Of a stretch of 64,000 nucleotides of DNA, positions 11,540 to 25,413 are shown piece by piece. The notes below the pieces were generated by a model. The model worked only from the letters and a program-made list of their open reading frames with translations. It searched no databases and was not told the DNA's origin. Source of the stretch: Scyliorhinus canicula. Lineage: Eukaryota. Location of the stretch: positions 234,272,069 to 234,336,068 of the forward strand of contig NC_052149.1 in NCBI RefSeq assembly GCF_902713615.1, read 5' to 3'. The first letter of the stretch is position 1. Every line of letters begins with the position of its first letter. A program made the position numbers and the translations under genes.

Positions 11540-14150
11540 CACCATAAGGTCTTTGCTCTCAGTCTACCTTAGCTAGCTCTTCTCTCATCTCATTGTAATC
11601 TCCTTTGTTTAAGCACAAAACTCTAGTGTTCGATTTTACCTTCTGACCCTCCATCTGTATTTTAAATTCCACCATATGTTGATCGCTCCTTCAGAGAGGA
11701 TCCCTAACTCTGAGATCATTAATCAATCCTGTCTCATTACACAGGACTAGATGCCAGGACCACTTTTTCCCTTGTAGGTTCCATTACATACTGTTCTAGG
11801 AAACTATCGCGGAAACGTTCTATAAACTCCTCCTCAAGGCTGCCTTGACCGACGTGGTTAAACCAATCGACATGTAGATTAAAATCCCCCATGATAACTG
11901 CTGTACCATTTCTACATGCATCAGTTATTTCTTTGTTTATTGCCTGCCCCACCATGTTACTATTTGGTGGCCTATAGACTACACCTATCAGTGACTTTTT
12001 CACCTTACTATTCCTGATTTCCACCCAAATGGATTCAACATTATCCTACATAGCACCAGTGTCATCTCTTACTATTGTCCTGATGTCATCCTTAAATAAC
12101 AGAGCTACACCACCTTCCTTCCCATCCACTCTGTCCTTCTGAATAGTTTGATATACTTGGATATTTAACTACCAGTCCTGAGCATTCTTTAATCATGTTT
12201 CAGTAATGGCCACTAAATCATAGTCATTCACGATGATTTGGGGCATCAACTCATTTACCTTATTTTGAATACTACGAGCATTCAGGTAAAGTACACTTAC
12301 GTTGGCTTTTATACCTCTGTTTTGAATCTTAACACCTCGATCAGTAACCTCTCCTAAGTTATATTTCCTCTTAGCTTTTCTCCTAATTTTCCTTGTCGTT
12401 GAACCCATATCTTCATTTAACAACCTGCCGTGTCGCTTCCATTTTTTTTATTGCTTCCCGTTTTATTCCTGTTAGTATTAATGGGCCTATTCACTGAGCT
12501 TCCCTCAATCACTGTACCTTGTACTGTCGCCCTTTTTGATTTTTGACTATGGCTCCTGTGCCTTACACTTTCCCCTTTACTGCCTTTTGTTTCTGTCTCT
12601 GATTTACTACCTTCTGACCTCCTGCATTAGTTCCCATCCCCCTGTCACATTAGTTCAAACCCTCCCCAACAACTCTAGCAACCCCCCCCCCCCCCCGGCA
12701 AGGACATCTTTGCAGCCCTGCCCAGGTGTTGACCGTCCGGTTTATCCTGGTCCCGCTTCCCCCAGAACCGGTTCCAATGCCCCAGGAATTTGAATCCCTC
12801 CCTCATGCACCATATCTCGAGCCACGCATTCATCCTATCCATCCTGACATTCCTACTCTGACTAGTTCGTGGCACAGGTAGCAATCCAATACCTTTGAGG
12901 TCCTACTTTTTAGTTTAACTCCTAACTCCCTGAATTCAGCTTGCAGGACCTCGTCCCGTTTTTTTAAACCTATATCGTTGGTGCCTATGTGCACCACGAA
13001 AGCTGGCTGTTCACCCTACGCCCCCCCCACCCCCAGAACGTCCTGAAGCCGCTCTGAGACATCCTTGACCCTTGCACCAGCGAGGCAACATACCATCCTG
13101 GAGTCTTGATTGCGTCCGCAGAACCGTCTGTCTATTCCCCTTACGATTGAGTCCCCTATCACTGTAGCCCTGTCATTCTTCTTCCTGCCCTGCTGCGCAG
13201 CAGAGCCAGCCACAGTGCCATGAGCCTGGCTGCTGCTGCCTTCCTCTGGTGAGGCATCTCCCTCAACAGTATCCAAAGCGGTATATCTGTTTTGCAGGGA
13301 GATAACCGCAGTGGACAGCTGCACTGCCTTCTTACTTTTACTCTGTCTTTTGGCCACCCATTGTCTATCTCCCTCAGTAACTTTCACCTGCGGTGTGACC
13401 AACTCCCTATACGTGCTATCCACGATGTCCTCAGCATCGCGGATGCTCCAAAGTGAGTCCATCCACAGCTGCAGAGCCATCAAGCGGTCTAACAGGAGCT
13501 GCAGCTGGACACAGTTCTTACATGTGAAGGGGCCAGGGACAGTGGAGGTGTCCCTGAGCTCCCACATCGCACACGAAGAGCATGACACGGGTCTGGGATC
13601 TCCTGCCATGTCTTAAACCTTTGGCTAACTTCCACAACTACAATTTAAAAAAAACACGAAGAAAAAATAAATATACCAATGAAAATAAAAATAAAAAAGG
13701 AAAACTACTTACCAGTCACTTACCAGGGATAAGAAGCACCTCCTCCCCACCCAGCTTCGAATTCCCACCTAGCTTCAAATTTCCAAACTCACTCTTAGCT
13801 GTGTCTCTCTCTGGCTGTGTCTTCTCTAGCTCACTGGGAGAACTCACTGAGTGAGTTACAGGTTGCTCTTTTAAAATGTTCTGAGTTGACTCCCTTCCCC
13901 CACCTGCTTTTCGATCAAAGTAGATTAAGGTGACTGACACTTAACTGCCAGCCAGTTATGTGAGTGGGTGTGGCAGCCCTTGTTAACGTTCACTCCATAA
14001 TTCTAGATTAATTTAAATTCTTTAAATTTAAAAAGGAAAAGTGTTACCGATTGAATTCAATTCAATTCCCACTTGGCTTCAAATTCCCAAACTCACTCTC
14101 AGCTGTGTCTCACTCTGGCTGTGTCTTCTCTGGCTCACTGGGAGAATTGC
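11540..14150 (-). mobile_element. CR1 LINE 5' half: 5'UTR with ~95-bp direct repeat, ORF1 (Zn-finger + SGNH esterase), APE endonuclease; RT half missing
   Basis: MAGDPRPVSCSSCAMWE...VIGDSIVRG; YLNARSIQNK...AITET; GVVYRPPNS...MGDFN; repeat at ~13755-13850 and ~14060-14150. Confidence 0.9.
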
Positions 14151-15890
14151 TCCGAGAAAGGATTGGAACTTCGGCAGAGGTGCCTTGGGACATTGGTGGA
14201 TGGTAATTGTACCCTATACGAGATCAGGACAGGGCCAAAGCCAGCACCAGACACACCACACTCTGTTTGTCCTGAAATCACTCCCGGACCACGAAGTGGA
14301 TTTGTCCAAAAACGCACAGGAAACAAATCCTGTGTGATAACATTCACCAGGAATGTTTGCCTTTGGTTGTGGACATAGCTGGAACTCAACTGCCAGAGTT
14401 CTGCTCTCCCCAACTTAAAAGACTTTATATTCACCTGACCCACCGACTGTTAGAAAGGAAGGTAGGAATGGACGAGAGGCAGGACTGAGTTAAAACGGAT
14501 TAGTGAATGATGTAGCAACAGCATACAGAGGAGTATCGACTATAAATTCCCTTGATTTGGCTAATTTGGACAATAAAGTTATATTCCTGACGCAGTTTAA
14601 ACAGGTTCTAAATTCCATCAATGAGGACAGTCGACAGGACGGAGAGGAAGAATTAACTGGAAATGCAAGTAACAACCATATGGTAGCTGTGTTAGAAGGA
14701 CATGCCATCCCAGGACATACAAAAGCAAATTTCTGAAATTAAAGTCACCAACTGGTGGGATAGTCTTTGGAACTGGGCCTCAAATATACAAGTACATCCA
14801 TTCATTCGATTCATGTCACATTTGGCTATCATCCTGATGCTGTTCACGTTAGCCTACCTCATCATTCTTACAGTCAAATTCCGCTGATGGCAAGCAAAGT
14901 CATTGAAAGTCAGGATATGGGACCCATGCTTGCACCACGGGTTTCTCTGATGACACCATCTTAAGGATCTTTGCGCCTCTCATGTATTTTTGAACTGTTT
15001 GTACCTATTGTACCTGCTGAAATAGCTTTTTGATGTTTCCGTGAATTTATATTTCATTGTAATAATATGTTATAAGTTGTAAGTTTACTTTTTTCATTAA
15101 TGTATCTGTATCCTTTTGTCGTTTATTAGCTATATATGTAATGTTATTTGTATTTTGTAAAAGGGTTAGGTTATTGGGTAGTTGTACCAAGCCTTACTTG
15201 ACTTGACAAGTCACTGGGGAGACTGGGCAGGTATTGTCCTTGAGTCTGTGATCCACCATACTTCGCATTCAGGATCAAGAGGAGGGATATGTGGCGATAT
15301 AAATCGGTGTCCAGCAAGGAATGCTGGGAAAAGTGGTCAGGTTTCATGGACAATCAGAGTGCAGGGCAGATCAAACAAAGTTGCAGCAAAGGTTTTGTAG
15401 ATTTCAAAAGATTTCACAGGTTGATGCGAAGAACATAAGAAAATGGCCATCTCCAGACCATGCCAGGAACAATAGAACTGTCCTGTCAATCACACTTGTT
15501 TACCAGGCACAGCGGCACCTAAGCTCCTTATTTGGAAGGGCCTACATGCCCCCAACACTTCCTGGCAGGGCCACTTAGTGCCCACCCCAAAATTGTTATG
15601 GCAGCCCCTAATTGGACTTGATCGATCAGGCTGATCCAACCCTGGTCAATTGATTGACAAATGATCCAGAGACCGCCACCAAAGGGGGCGGATTTCGAGC
15701 AGGTTTAAAAGGTGCTGTACAACTTTAGAAATCTCTCTCTGCAAGAGCAACCAACAACAGTGGCTTCCACCGGCCGGCCAAAGAGACGATCAGCAAACAA
15801 CTGAAGGAAGACCAGAGCCAGGAACATACCAGACCAAGGACTGAACATTGAGGACTACAAGATTCGGAATACAGATAAAAGCCAACATCT
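14150..15890 (+). mobile_element. Possible LTR-retroelement/ERV remnant: env-like 3' end, PPT and 3' LTR
   Basis: Cys-rich fragment, WWDSLWNW...HP...hydrophobic TM; PPT aagaggaggga then TGT at 15290; CCAAT-, GC- and TTTAAAA-like boxes at ~15610-15710. Confidence 0.5.
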
Positions 15891-15904
15891 GTCTGGTACT
15901 TTGC

Positions 15905-16094
15905 AGAACTGGTTGAGCTCAGTGGGCTAGATGGCTGGTTTGTAATGCAGAACAAGGCCAGCAGCGCGGGTGCAATTCCTGTGCCAGCTCTGTGTATCCA
16001 AACACACGTCGGAATATGGCAATGAGCGAGTTTTCACAGTAACTTCATTCCAGTCTTAATGTAAGCCTACTTGTGACAATAAAAGACTTTTATT
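15905..16094 (+). mobile_element. tRNA-derived SINE (second family); 5'-truncated relative at ~51929-52074 (-)
   Basis: gctcagtgggctaga / ggtgcaattcc Pol III-like boxes; ttttcacagtaacttcatt...cttgtgacaata tail. Confidence 0.7.
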
Positions 16095-19000
16095 TTTTTT
16101 AATAAAATAATTTTTATTTAAATTTTTGAAAAACGTATAACAACAAAACAATAATATTACCAATAATAACCCCCCCCCCCCCCCCGGACCCATAACAACG
16201 CATATAACGTGACCCCCACCCCCCCAAACCCGATGAACAACAAAATAAATTAAAAATAAATTAAATTAACATAAACAATACCCCCCTGAAACCCCCACCC
16301 TTCACCCTCCCCCCCCCGGGTTGCCGCTGCTGCTGACCTAGTTCCCTGTCGTTGAGCCAGAAAGTCGAGGAAAGGCTGCCACCGCCTAAAGAACCCTTGT
16401 ACCGACCCCCTCAGGGCGAATTTGACCTTCTCCAGCTTAATGAATCCTGCCATGTCACTAATCCAGGTCTCCACGCTTGGGGGTCTCGCATCTTTCCATT
16501 GCAACAAGATCCTCCGCCGGGCTACTAGGTACGCAAAGGCCAAAACACCGGCCTCTTTTGCCTCCTGCACTCCCAGCTCCACCACAACCCCAAATATCGT
16601 GTGTCCTCAGCCTGGCTTGACCCGGGACCCTACCACCCTCGACACCATCCTCACCACCCCCTGCCAGAATTTCCCCAGTGCCGGGCATGCACAAAACATA
16701 TGGGCATGGTTCGCTGGCTCTCCGGACACCTAATACACCTGTCCTCACCCCCACAAAACCTGCCCATCCTCGTCCCGGACATATGAGCCCTGTGCAGTAC
16801 CTTGAACTGGATGAGGCTAAGCCTCGCAAATGAAGAGGAGGAGTTCACCCTCTCCAGGGCGTTCGCCCATGTTGCCTCCTCAATCTGCTCCCGCAACTCC
16901 ACTTCCCACTTAGCCTTCAGCTCCTCTACCGATGCCTCCTCCACCTCCTGCATCACCTCGTAGATGTCAGACACCTTCCCATCCCCGACCCACACCTCCG
17001 AAAGCACCCTATCCCTTACCCCCCGCGGGGGCAGAAAAGGGAACCCCTCCACCTGCCGCCTAACAAAGTCCTTGACCTGAAGGTACCTGAACATATTCCC
17101 CGGGGGGAGCTCAAACTTCTCCTCCAGCTCACCCAGGCTCGCAAACCTCCCGTCAATGAACAGGTCTCCCAACTTCCTTATGCCCGCCCTGTACCACCGC
17201 TGGAACCCGCCATCAATGTTCCCTGGGACAAACCGGTGGTTCCCCCGCAGCGGGGCCTCTATCGAGTCCCCCACTTCCCCCCTGTGTCGCCTCCACTGCC
17301 CGCAAATCTTGAGGGTAGCCGCCACCACCGGGCTCGTAGTGTACCTTGTTGGAGGGAGCGGCAACGGCGCCATTACCAGTGCCTTCAGGCTCGTGCCTCC
17401 ACAGGACACCATCTCCATCCATTTCGATGCTGCCCCCTTCCCATCCATTACCCACTTGCGTACCATCGAGACATTAGCCGTCCAATAGTACCCAGAGAGG
17501 TTGGGCAGCGCCAGCCCCCCTCTATCCCCGCCCCACTCCAAAAAGACACTCCTCACCTTCGGAGTCCCGTGCGCCCAAACAAATCCCGTGATGCTGCTGT
17601 TCACCCTCCTGAAAAAGGCCCTCGGAATGAGAATGGGGAGGCACTGGAACAAAAACAAAAACCTCGGGAGCACCGTCATTTTAACGGACTGTACTTACCC
17701 ACCAACGACAGCGGCAGCGTGTCCCACCTTTTAAACTCCTCCTCCATCTGCTCCACCAACCTAGTAAAATTAAGCTTATGCAAAGTCCCCCAACTCCTAG
17801 CCACCCGAACCCCCCCCCCCAGGTGTCTAAAACTCCTCACTTCCCTTTTTAGTGGGAGCCGACCAATCCCCTCCTCCTGATCACCCGGGTGTACAACAAA
17901 CAGCTCTCTCTTGCCCAGTTTCAACTTGTAGCCCGAGAAACACCCAAACTCAGCAAGAATCTCCATCACCTCCGGCATTACCCCCAACAGGTCTGCTACA
18001 TACAGCAACAAGTCATCTGCATAATGTGACACTCGGTGCTCCTCCCCACCCCACACCAGACCCCTCCACCTCCCCTACTCCCTTAGCGCCATGGCCAGAG
18101 GCTCAATTGCCAATGCAAAAAGCAAGGGGGACAGGGGGCACCCCTGCCTCGTCCCACGGTAGAGCCTGAAGTAGTCGGACCTCCACCCATTTGTCGCTAC
18201 ACTCGCCATCAGGGCATCGTACAGCAACCTCACCCATTTAATAAACCCCTCCCCAAACCCGAACCTCTCTAACACTTCCGCCTTTCTGGTGGTCATTAAA
18301 TCAAACTTAGCCTGCAGGCTACGCCGCTCCCCCAACAATCCCTCCTCCGGGGCCTCCGCATACCTCCTATCTACACTCAGCAGCTCCCCCACCAGTCTCT
18401 CCCTCTCCCTCTTCTCCCCTCTCTCCCTATGGGCTCGGATGGAAATCCCCCTAATCACTGCCTTCAGAGCCTCCCACACCATCGTTACCAGGACCTCCCC
18501 AGTATCATTGGCCTCGGGGTACCTCTCAATACATCCCCGGACCCTCCTACACACCTCCACATCAGCCAACAATCCTACGTCCAGACGCCAAAGCGTGCGC
18601 TGGTACCGCACCTCCCCCATCTCTAGATCCACCCAATGCGGAGCATGGTCCGAAATCGCTATAGCCGAATATTAGGCATCTTCCATCCTCGGGACGAGCC
18701 CCCTGCTCAGGCAAAAAAATCAATACGGGAATAAACCATGAGCACGTGGAAGAAAAAAGAGTACTCCCAAGCCCTCGGCCTCCCAAACCTCCAGGGATCC
18801 ACCCCTCCCATCTGGTCCGTAAACCCCCTCAACACCTTGGCCACCGCCGGCCTCCTGCCCGTCCTAGAACTAGAACAATCCAGTGGGGGATCCAGCACCG
18901 TATTGAAATCCCCCCCCCCCATGATCAGGCCCCCCCCCCGCCTCCAGGTCAGGAATGCGGCCCAACATACGCCTCATGAAACCAGCATTATCCCAATTTG

Positions 19001-20914
19001 GGGCATATACATTGACCAACACCACCCTCTCCCCCTGCAGCTTACCGCTCACCATCACATATCTGCCGCCACTATCAACCACCACCTCAGATGCCTCAAA
19101 CGGCACCCTCTTCCCCCCCAGGATCGCCACCCCCGTTTCTTCGCGTTGAGCCCTGAATGGAAAACTTTCCCCACCCATCCCTTCCTCAGATGAACCTGGT
19201 CCGCCAACTTCAGGTGAGTCTCCTGAAGCATGGCCACGTCCGCCTTCAGCCCCATCAGATGCGAAAACATTCGGGCCCGTTTAACCGGCCCATTCAACCC
19301 CCTCACGTTCCATGGGATCAGCCGGATCAGGAGGCACCCCGCCACCCTCCCCCGCCGACTGGCCATAGCCCATCGACTGCTCGCCCCAGACCAGCACCCC
19401 CCACTCGGCCCATTTCCCATGGTGATAGAACCTCACCCCGACCCCCCCGACCCACACCAGCTCCTCCCTGGCCAATCCAGCAGCAACCCGGTATCCCCCT
19501 CCCAGGCTAGGACCCCTCCTAGCCACAACACTCCCTCCGTAGTACTCCCATGAGCCAGTTAACTTCTGCTGAACCCGGCAGCTCCCGCCCTAACTCCAAC
19601 CCCTCCCGATATGGAGTCACCCCCCCCCCCACCGCAGCAGCCCCTTGGCAATGCTCCAGCACGGGAAAACGGAACTGATATCCACGCCCCTTGCCTCCAG
19701 CTCCACCCCCTCGTCCCACAGTGCGGGAAACCAGAGGAAAGCCCACGCTTTCACACTTCCCCACCCCACCCCCTCAACACAGTTCCCAAATAGCAGTCCC
19801 AACCCATCCACCAACCCCGTACAAATCAAAACAGACCCCCAACACCCCCCTTAAAATACAAAACCATAACCAATACCATCCGAAAGCAGAAAAAAACCCA
19901 GAATAGCCAGCAACAGCATAAGCAGTGATACAAAAAACCCTACAGTCCCCAATCCCTAGTTCGAGTCCAACTTTTCAGCCTGCACATAGGCCCACGCCTC
20001 CTCTGGGGACTCAAAGTAGTGATGCCGGTCCTTGTAGGTGACCCTACAAGGTCATGCTGAATTTCACCTGCTTGCCATGGAGCACCGCCTTTGCCCGGTT
20101 GAACCCGGCCCTTCGTTTAGCCACTAGTCCAGTCCTGGTAGATGCGCACTACCGAATTCTCCTACTTGCTGCTCCTCACCTTCTTGGCCCATCGCAGCAC
20201 ACACTCCCGGTCACTGAACCGATGGAACCGCACCACCACCGCCCGCTGGGGTTCATTCGCCTTAGTCCTCCTGGCCAGTACTCTGTGGGGCCCCTCCAGC
20301 TCCAGGGACAGATGGAAAGATCCTGCCCCCACCAGCGAGTTCAGCATCACAGCCACATAAGCCGGCAGGTCCGACCCCTCCAGGATCCGCAAGTTCTTCC
20401 TCCTTGACCAAAACTCCATCTCCTCAAAATGATCTTGCCAGTTTTTGTGGAGCACCTCGTGCATCTCCACCGTCCCCACGAGGGCCGAGCCCTCATCCTC
20501 GCGCTCAGAGGCCTGCTGCTGCAACTCAAAGATTGCTGCACCCTGGGTTGTCTGGGTCTCCAGCAGCTTACTTGTAGTAACTTTCAAAGTGTCCAGCAAC
20601 TCCACTTTCAGCTCCGTAAAGTAGCGCAGAAGGGCTGCCTGCTGCTCCTGCGCCCACTGCCTCCACTCCTCGGGGGCTCCACCGGTCGCCATTTTGTCCA
20701 CCTTCCCCCGCTTTTCCAGTGGAGCTGCTGCCGGTTTTTTCCTCGCCTCACTCCGGGTCCGCACCATAAATCCCGGGGGGTATTACTCCGGACCCCTTCA
20801 CACACCGGGAACCGTTGAATCAGCACCGTTTGGGGCCCGTAAAAGAGCCTACAAGTCCTACGAAAGCGGGAGCTGCCGAACGTGCGGCTTAACTCCGCAT
20901 AGCCCAACCGGAAG
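16095..20914 (-). mobile_element. L1-clade LINE with both ends, decayed ORF1/ORF2 and internal deletions; 16-bp TSD
   Basis: ORF1 RRKNLRIL...HRVL...VRFHRF; APE WNVRGLN/QETHL/VYAPN/GDFN; RT GTRQGCPLSPLLF, YADD; TSD ataaaag(a/g)cttttatt at 16079-16094 and 20915-20930. Confidence 0.93.
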
Positions 20915-21019
20915 ATAAAAGGCTTTTATTATTAGTATTACTTGTTACCCACTCTGAAGTTAAGTTAAAGTATTGTGCATAATCCACCTCCATATTACAT
21001 GTCTACTCGACATTCAACT

Positions 21020-21200
21020 ATTCCTTCACTGCCACTGGGTTAAATCCCTCGACACCCTCCCTAACAGCATCGTGGCTGTTCACAGAACATATGGACTGCA
21101 GTGATTCAAGAAGGAAGCACATATCACCCTCTCAAGGGCAATTAGAGATGGACAATAAATGCTGGTCTAGCCAGCGATGCCCGTATCCCACTGATGAGAA
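21020..21200 (+). mobile_element. LINE 3' tail fragment
   Basis: ggactgcagtgattcaagaagg...ctcaagggcaattagagatggacaataaatgctgg. Confidence 0.65.
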
Positions 21201-21479
21201 ACAAAACTATGACTGCTAACTTGCTGTGCCCCCAGTACTTCATTAAGTATCCTAATGATGCGCTGGGGAAAACCTCTCGGAAGTTCCCACATAAGGGTTT
21301 ACAGGGCAATTGTCCAGAACGTTAACTTCCTCTGGACAATTGCGCTGGGCTGTGAACTACGCGACAGGAATGATTTAAATGGCTAACTTTGGACGGTTCT
21401 GTCAGTTTTAGCGAGACAATTAAACTGAAAGACCTGGAAGGAAATATATTAGTTCTGACTCCACAGTAACTATTTATAA

Positions 21480-21960
21480 ACCCAGACCGAGCTTTGCACG
21501 GGTCACCCCGCACGCATACGACTCACGCACCCCAGTGGTTCCCCCACAGGACCACCATCCACAACCCAACAACCCCCTTCCCTCCCCGTCTCGACCTAAA
21601 CCGACCCTCCCTCCCGCGCTCCGGCCGATCCACTCCCACGGTCCGCCAACACCCGCCCCCCCCCCCCCACCATGGCTCGACCCGATCCCCGCCACCCACG
21701 CCTGACGAGCCCCCGCCCACACCCCTGTTCTAACTTGACCACCCCGCCCCTCACACGCACTCTGGCCCGACCCGCCTCCCCCCACACGGCAACCCCGCTC
21801 TGCCCCCTACTCTATTCCGATCTCTACCTACCTAAATGCCTCCCCCCTCTCTCTCATTTACCCTCCGCCCCTGCCCCCAACCCCCCCCCCCCCCCCCCCC
21901 CCCCCCGCCATCCCTCCAGCTCTCTCATCTCCCTCCCGGTCTCAATCCCTCACTCACGGT
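21480..21960. repeat. C-rich low-complexity tract
   Basis: Long poly-C runs and ccc-rich repeats. Confidence 0.6.
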
Positions 21961-22424
21961 CTTCCCTCGCCGATTGTCTGGACCACCGTCCTTTAAAACC
22001 TACGTTCTCCCTTCAAATTGCCCCTTTAAACAGCTCTTTTAGGTCAGATAGATGCTCAAAAAACTTCCTTTCTTCCCTGTATCCCTCCTCGCCGATGCGC
22101 CCGGAGGTGCGCTTTACTGGCCCTGTTTCACCAGGAAGGTTGGACGAGACGGGGCTTTGGAATTTCAATGTGGCTAAATCCACCAGAGTGGCCATCCGCC
22201 AGCGCTGGCCACTCTGAGAAAGTTGCGGGCCTTAGTTACACTGTCCAATCATTGATGTTATTCCTTCAATTACGAAAACAAGGATGGGCAAGCTTGGTGC
22301 TCCATTTATACTTTTTTGTTTCTAGCTGCTTTTCTATTGTATCTTTCGTAAATATTTATTTAGTTTTACTACCACAGTGTTAGCACGACTGTATATAATA
22401 CACCGAAATTATCCAAACATAGAG

Positions 22425-23385
22425 TTTTAGAATCATAGAGGTTTGCAGCACAGAAAAGGCCGTTTGGCCCACCGCGTCAATGCCGGTTAAAAACAATCAC
22501 CTAAATTATTCTAACTCTATTTTCCAACACTTGACCAATAGCTTTGTATCTCTTGGCGTCGCAAATACACATGTAAATACTTACATGCGATGAAGGCCTC
22601 TGCCTCCGCCAGTCTTTCAGGCTGTGTGTTCCAGACTCCATCACCCTCTGGATGAAAAGGCTTATCCTCACAAGCCCTCTAAACCTCCTGGCCCTTATCT
22701 TAAATCCATGCCCCTTGGTCATTCCTATCAACTCCATCAATGCCCCTCATAATTTTATATACCTCAATCCTGTCCTCCTTCCCTCTGTCTCCTCTGATCC
22801 AGGAAAATATTCCAAGTCTGTCCAATCTCTCTTCATAGCTGAAAATCCCCAGCACAGGCAACATCCCGGTAAATCTCCTCTGCACCCTTTCCAGTGCTAT
22901 CACATCCCTCCTTTAATGTGGATTCCAGAATGGCACACACCACTCTAGCTGTGGCCTAACCAACGTTTTATACAGTTCCAACATAATCACCCTGCCCTTA
23001 AACTCTATTGCTTCGCTAAAAAAGGCAAGTGTACCATCTGCCTTCTGAAAGACTTTATCCACCTGCCCTGCTCCCTGAAGGAACCGATGAACGTGCACAC
23101 CAAGTTCCCTCTGATTCTCGGTGCTTCCAAGGGTCCTGCCACTTATTGTGTATTTGCTTGCCTTGTTAACCCTGACCAAGTGCATCATCTCACAGTTCGC
23201 TGGATTGAATACTATTTGCCATTGATCAGCCCGTCTGAATCCTCGTCGAATCTAAGGCTATCTTCCTCACTATTTATCACTCCACCAAGTTTTGTATCAT
23301 CTAAGAACTTACTGATAAATCCTCCTATATTCATATCTGAAACATTTTTGTAAACCATAGAACAGTAAGGGCCCCAAAACTGAAC
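22425..23385 (-). mobile_element. CR1 RT 3' fragment; truncated homologues at ~33050-33365, ~46110-46420, ~58900-59220
   Basis: LYKTLVRPQLEWCVPFWNP, ALERVQRRFT, IEVYKIMRG. Confidence 0.88.
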
Positions 23386-25413
23386 ACTCTTTTTAAATAC
23401 AGGATAAAATCAACCTCCTCCAATGCCTTTAGCAGTGTTTCCTTTTAAATCCATTTTTAAAGGTATGTAATTGTGCTCCTTCCGTCCCCTCTAACTGATT
23501 AAATTAGCACTGAATAGGCAATTCATTCGGAATAGAGGCATTACTCTCTCTAAGTTTGGTTATTCTTTCAAGTGTCCCTTTTACTTCCATGTTAAATGTC
23601 TTTTATTTCTTCTCATGTGCTGGCACTGTCTAAATGACACAATGTAAACCCTCCCTAGTAAATAAGTAACTGAAAAGTAACAACTAAATGTTTCTACCAT
23701 TAACTGTGCTTTTATTTACAAAAACACAGAGGCTGAAGGCATCACTGACAAGCCCAGCATATATTACCCATCTCTAATTGTCCTTGAGTGACTTGTTAGG
23801 GCATTTCAGAGTCACCCTCAGAGTCAACCCTTTGCAGTGGGTCTACAGCCAAACATTGGCCATAAGAGGAAGAAGGACGGTATATATATTTTATCCCTTT
23901 AGTTTCTGACTACCATTATATTTGCTCAAGTATTATTCCTGGTGTGATTAATTATTGGAATTTAAATTCCCCAGCCAGAGTGAGATTCGTATCCTGGTAA
24001 AATACCAACAGTGCTTCAGTTCCTTTATGCATTCCTTAGCAACCCTGTTAGCAACCGTGCCCCGATCTTCAGTTCTCTTCTGCTCTGCATCTTTCTGCGT
24101 ATACATTATTCATTTATATGTTCATTGATAATTTACGTTTGCAGGTAATTTTTGTTTTCCGTCTTTTTTGACAAATTCTTCTTTTACCTGTCCACGTTTC
24201 TGTTGACTGTTTTCTCCTGGTTGCCTCTGTACTTAATGTATGCCTTTGTTTAGCGTTTCAGTTTTGCATATATTTCACCCAATCTTTTATTTTAGCCTCT
24301 GTCTCACTAATATATTTCTTCATCATTTATTTACACCTTATTATTCTATCGTTGCTTTTGCTGGGATGCTCCTCGATTTTTGTTTTTCTTAACTGTTCAG
24401 GTTTATTTTGTCTTACTGCATCCAGTAATGCCCCCCCCCCCCCCCTCTTGAACTGGGTACGAAGAGTCCCAGGCATTCACTTTTCTACCTTCTTGCCAAA
24501 TTGTTTGGCTGTGATTACAATCGATCATTCATACATCTGTATAACTTTTCCTCATTCATTAAATTTACTGACATATTTAACCTGCGCCTCACTTCCACGA
24601 TTTGGAAGTCGGTTATAACGACCTTGTTTTAACATACACTCCTGGTCGACTGATCCACTTTCAGCTCTGTTTGTGGTCATGGTACTTGGCGAGTAATACA
24701 TCATAAATAATTAGACTTTTTCAGTACCGACACTTAAGTGAGAATATGATGCCAAACTAACAGCATAAGTTCCCCTGACAATATAGTTTTAAAAAAACAT
24801 TTATCCAATTGAGGGGTATTTTTAATCTGGTCAATCCACCGATCATACCATCTTTGGGTTGCGGGGGTCAGCACCACGCAGACATGGGGAGAATGTGCAA
24901 TCTCCACACGCAGTGACCCGGTGCCGGGATCTAACCCAGGTCCTCGGCGCCTTGAGACAGGAGTGCAAACCAGTGCTTGCAATAGTGCGTTCCTGGTTTC
25001 TAAGTTTAGTTTCTGGTTCCTATGGAAATCATTTTAATCAGGAGAGAACACAATGTATGAACGCATGAATGTCCTTGTGCGTAATTCCACTAAATATTTC
25101 ACAGTACTGAATGAGAAGTTCCATTGGCAGTGGCTCCTGAAATATTATGGATGTGTTGTGAAGGAAGATGCCATTTCATGCCGTCAGCTGGGCACTGTCG
25201 AAATGAGATTCGGCGCCGCATTGGAATTGCATTCTGTGAGGTGTCAAACACAAATGGTGCGACAAATGCCACTTAAGGTATTTAAGTGCTGCCCTCCACA
25301 GTCAAATTGGGTCTTCCCACTTGACTATTACTACCAACTATATAAAGCGGAAACGAAATTATTGGCCTCAAAATATCAAAGGGATTCTCCAAATACTCGC
25401 TCACAAACATACC

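Noticed and set aside
23390-25400. Non-coding T-rich block similar in all four units
   Set aside because: Similarity is explained by tandem duplication; no ORF or motif seen by eye, and cross-species alignment would be needed to claim function
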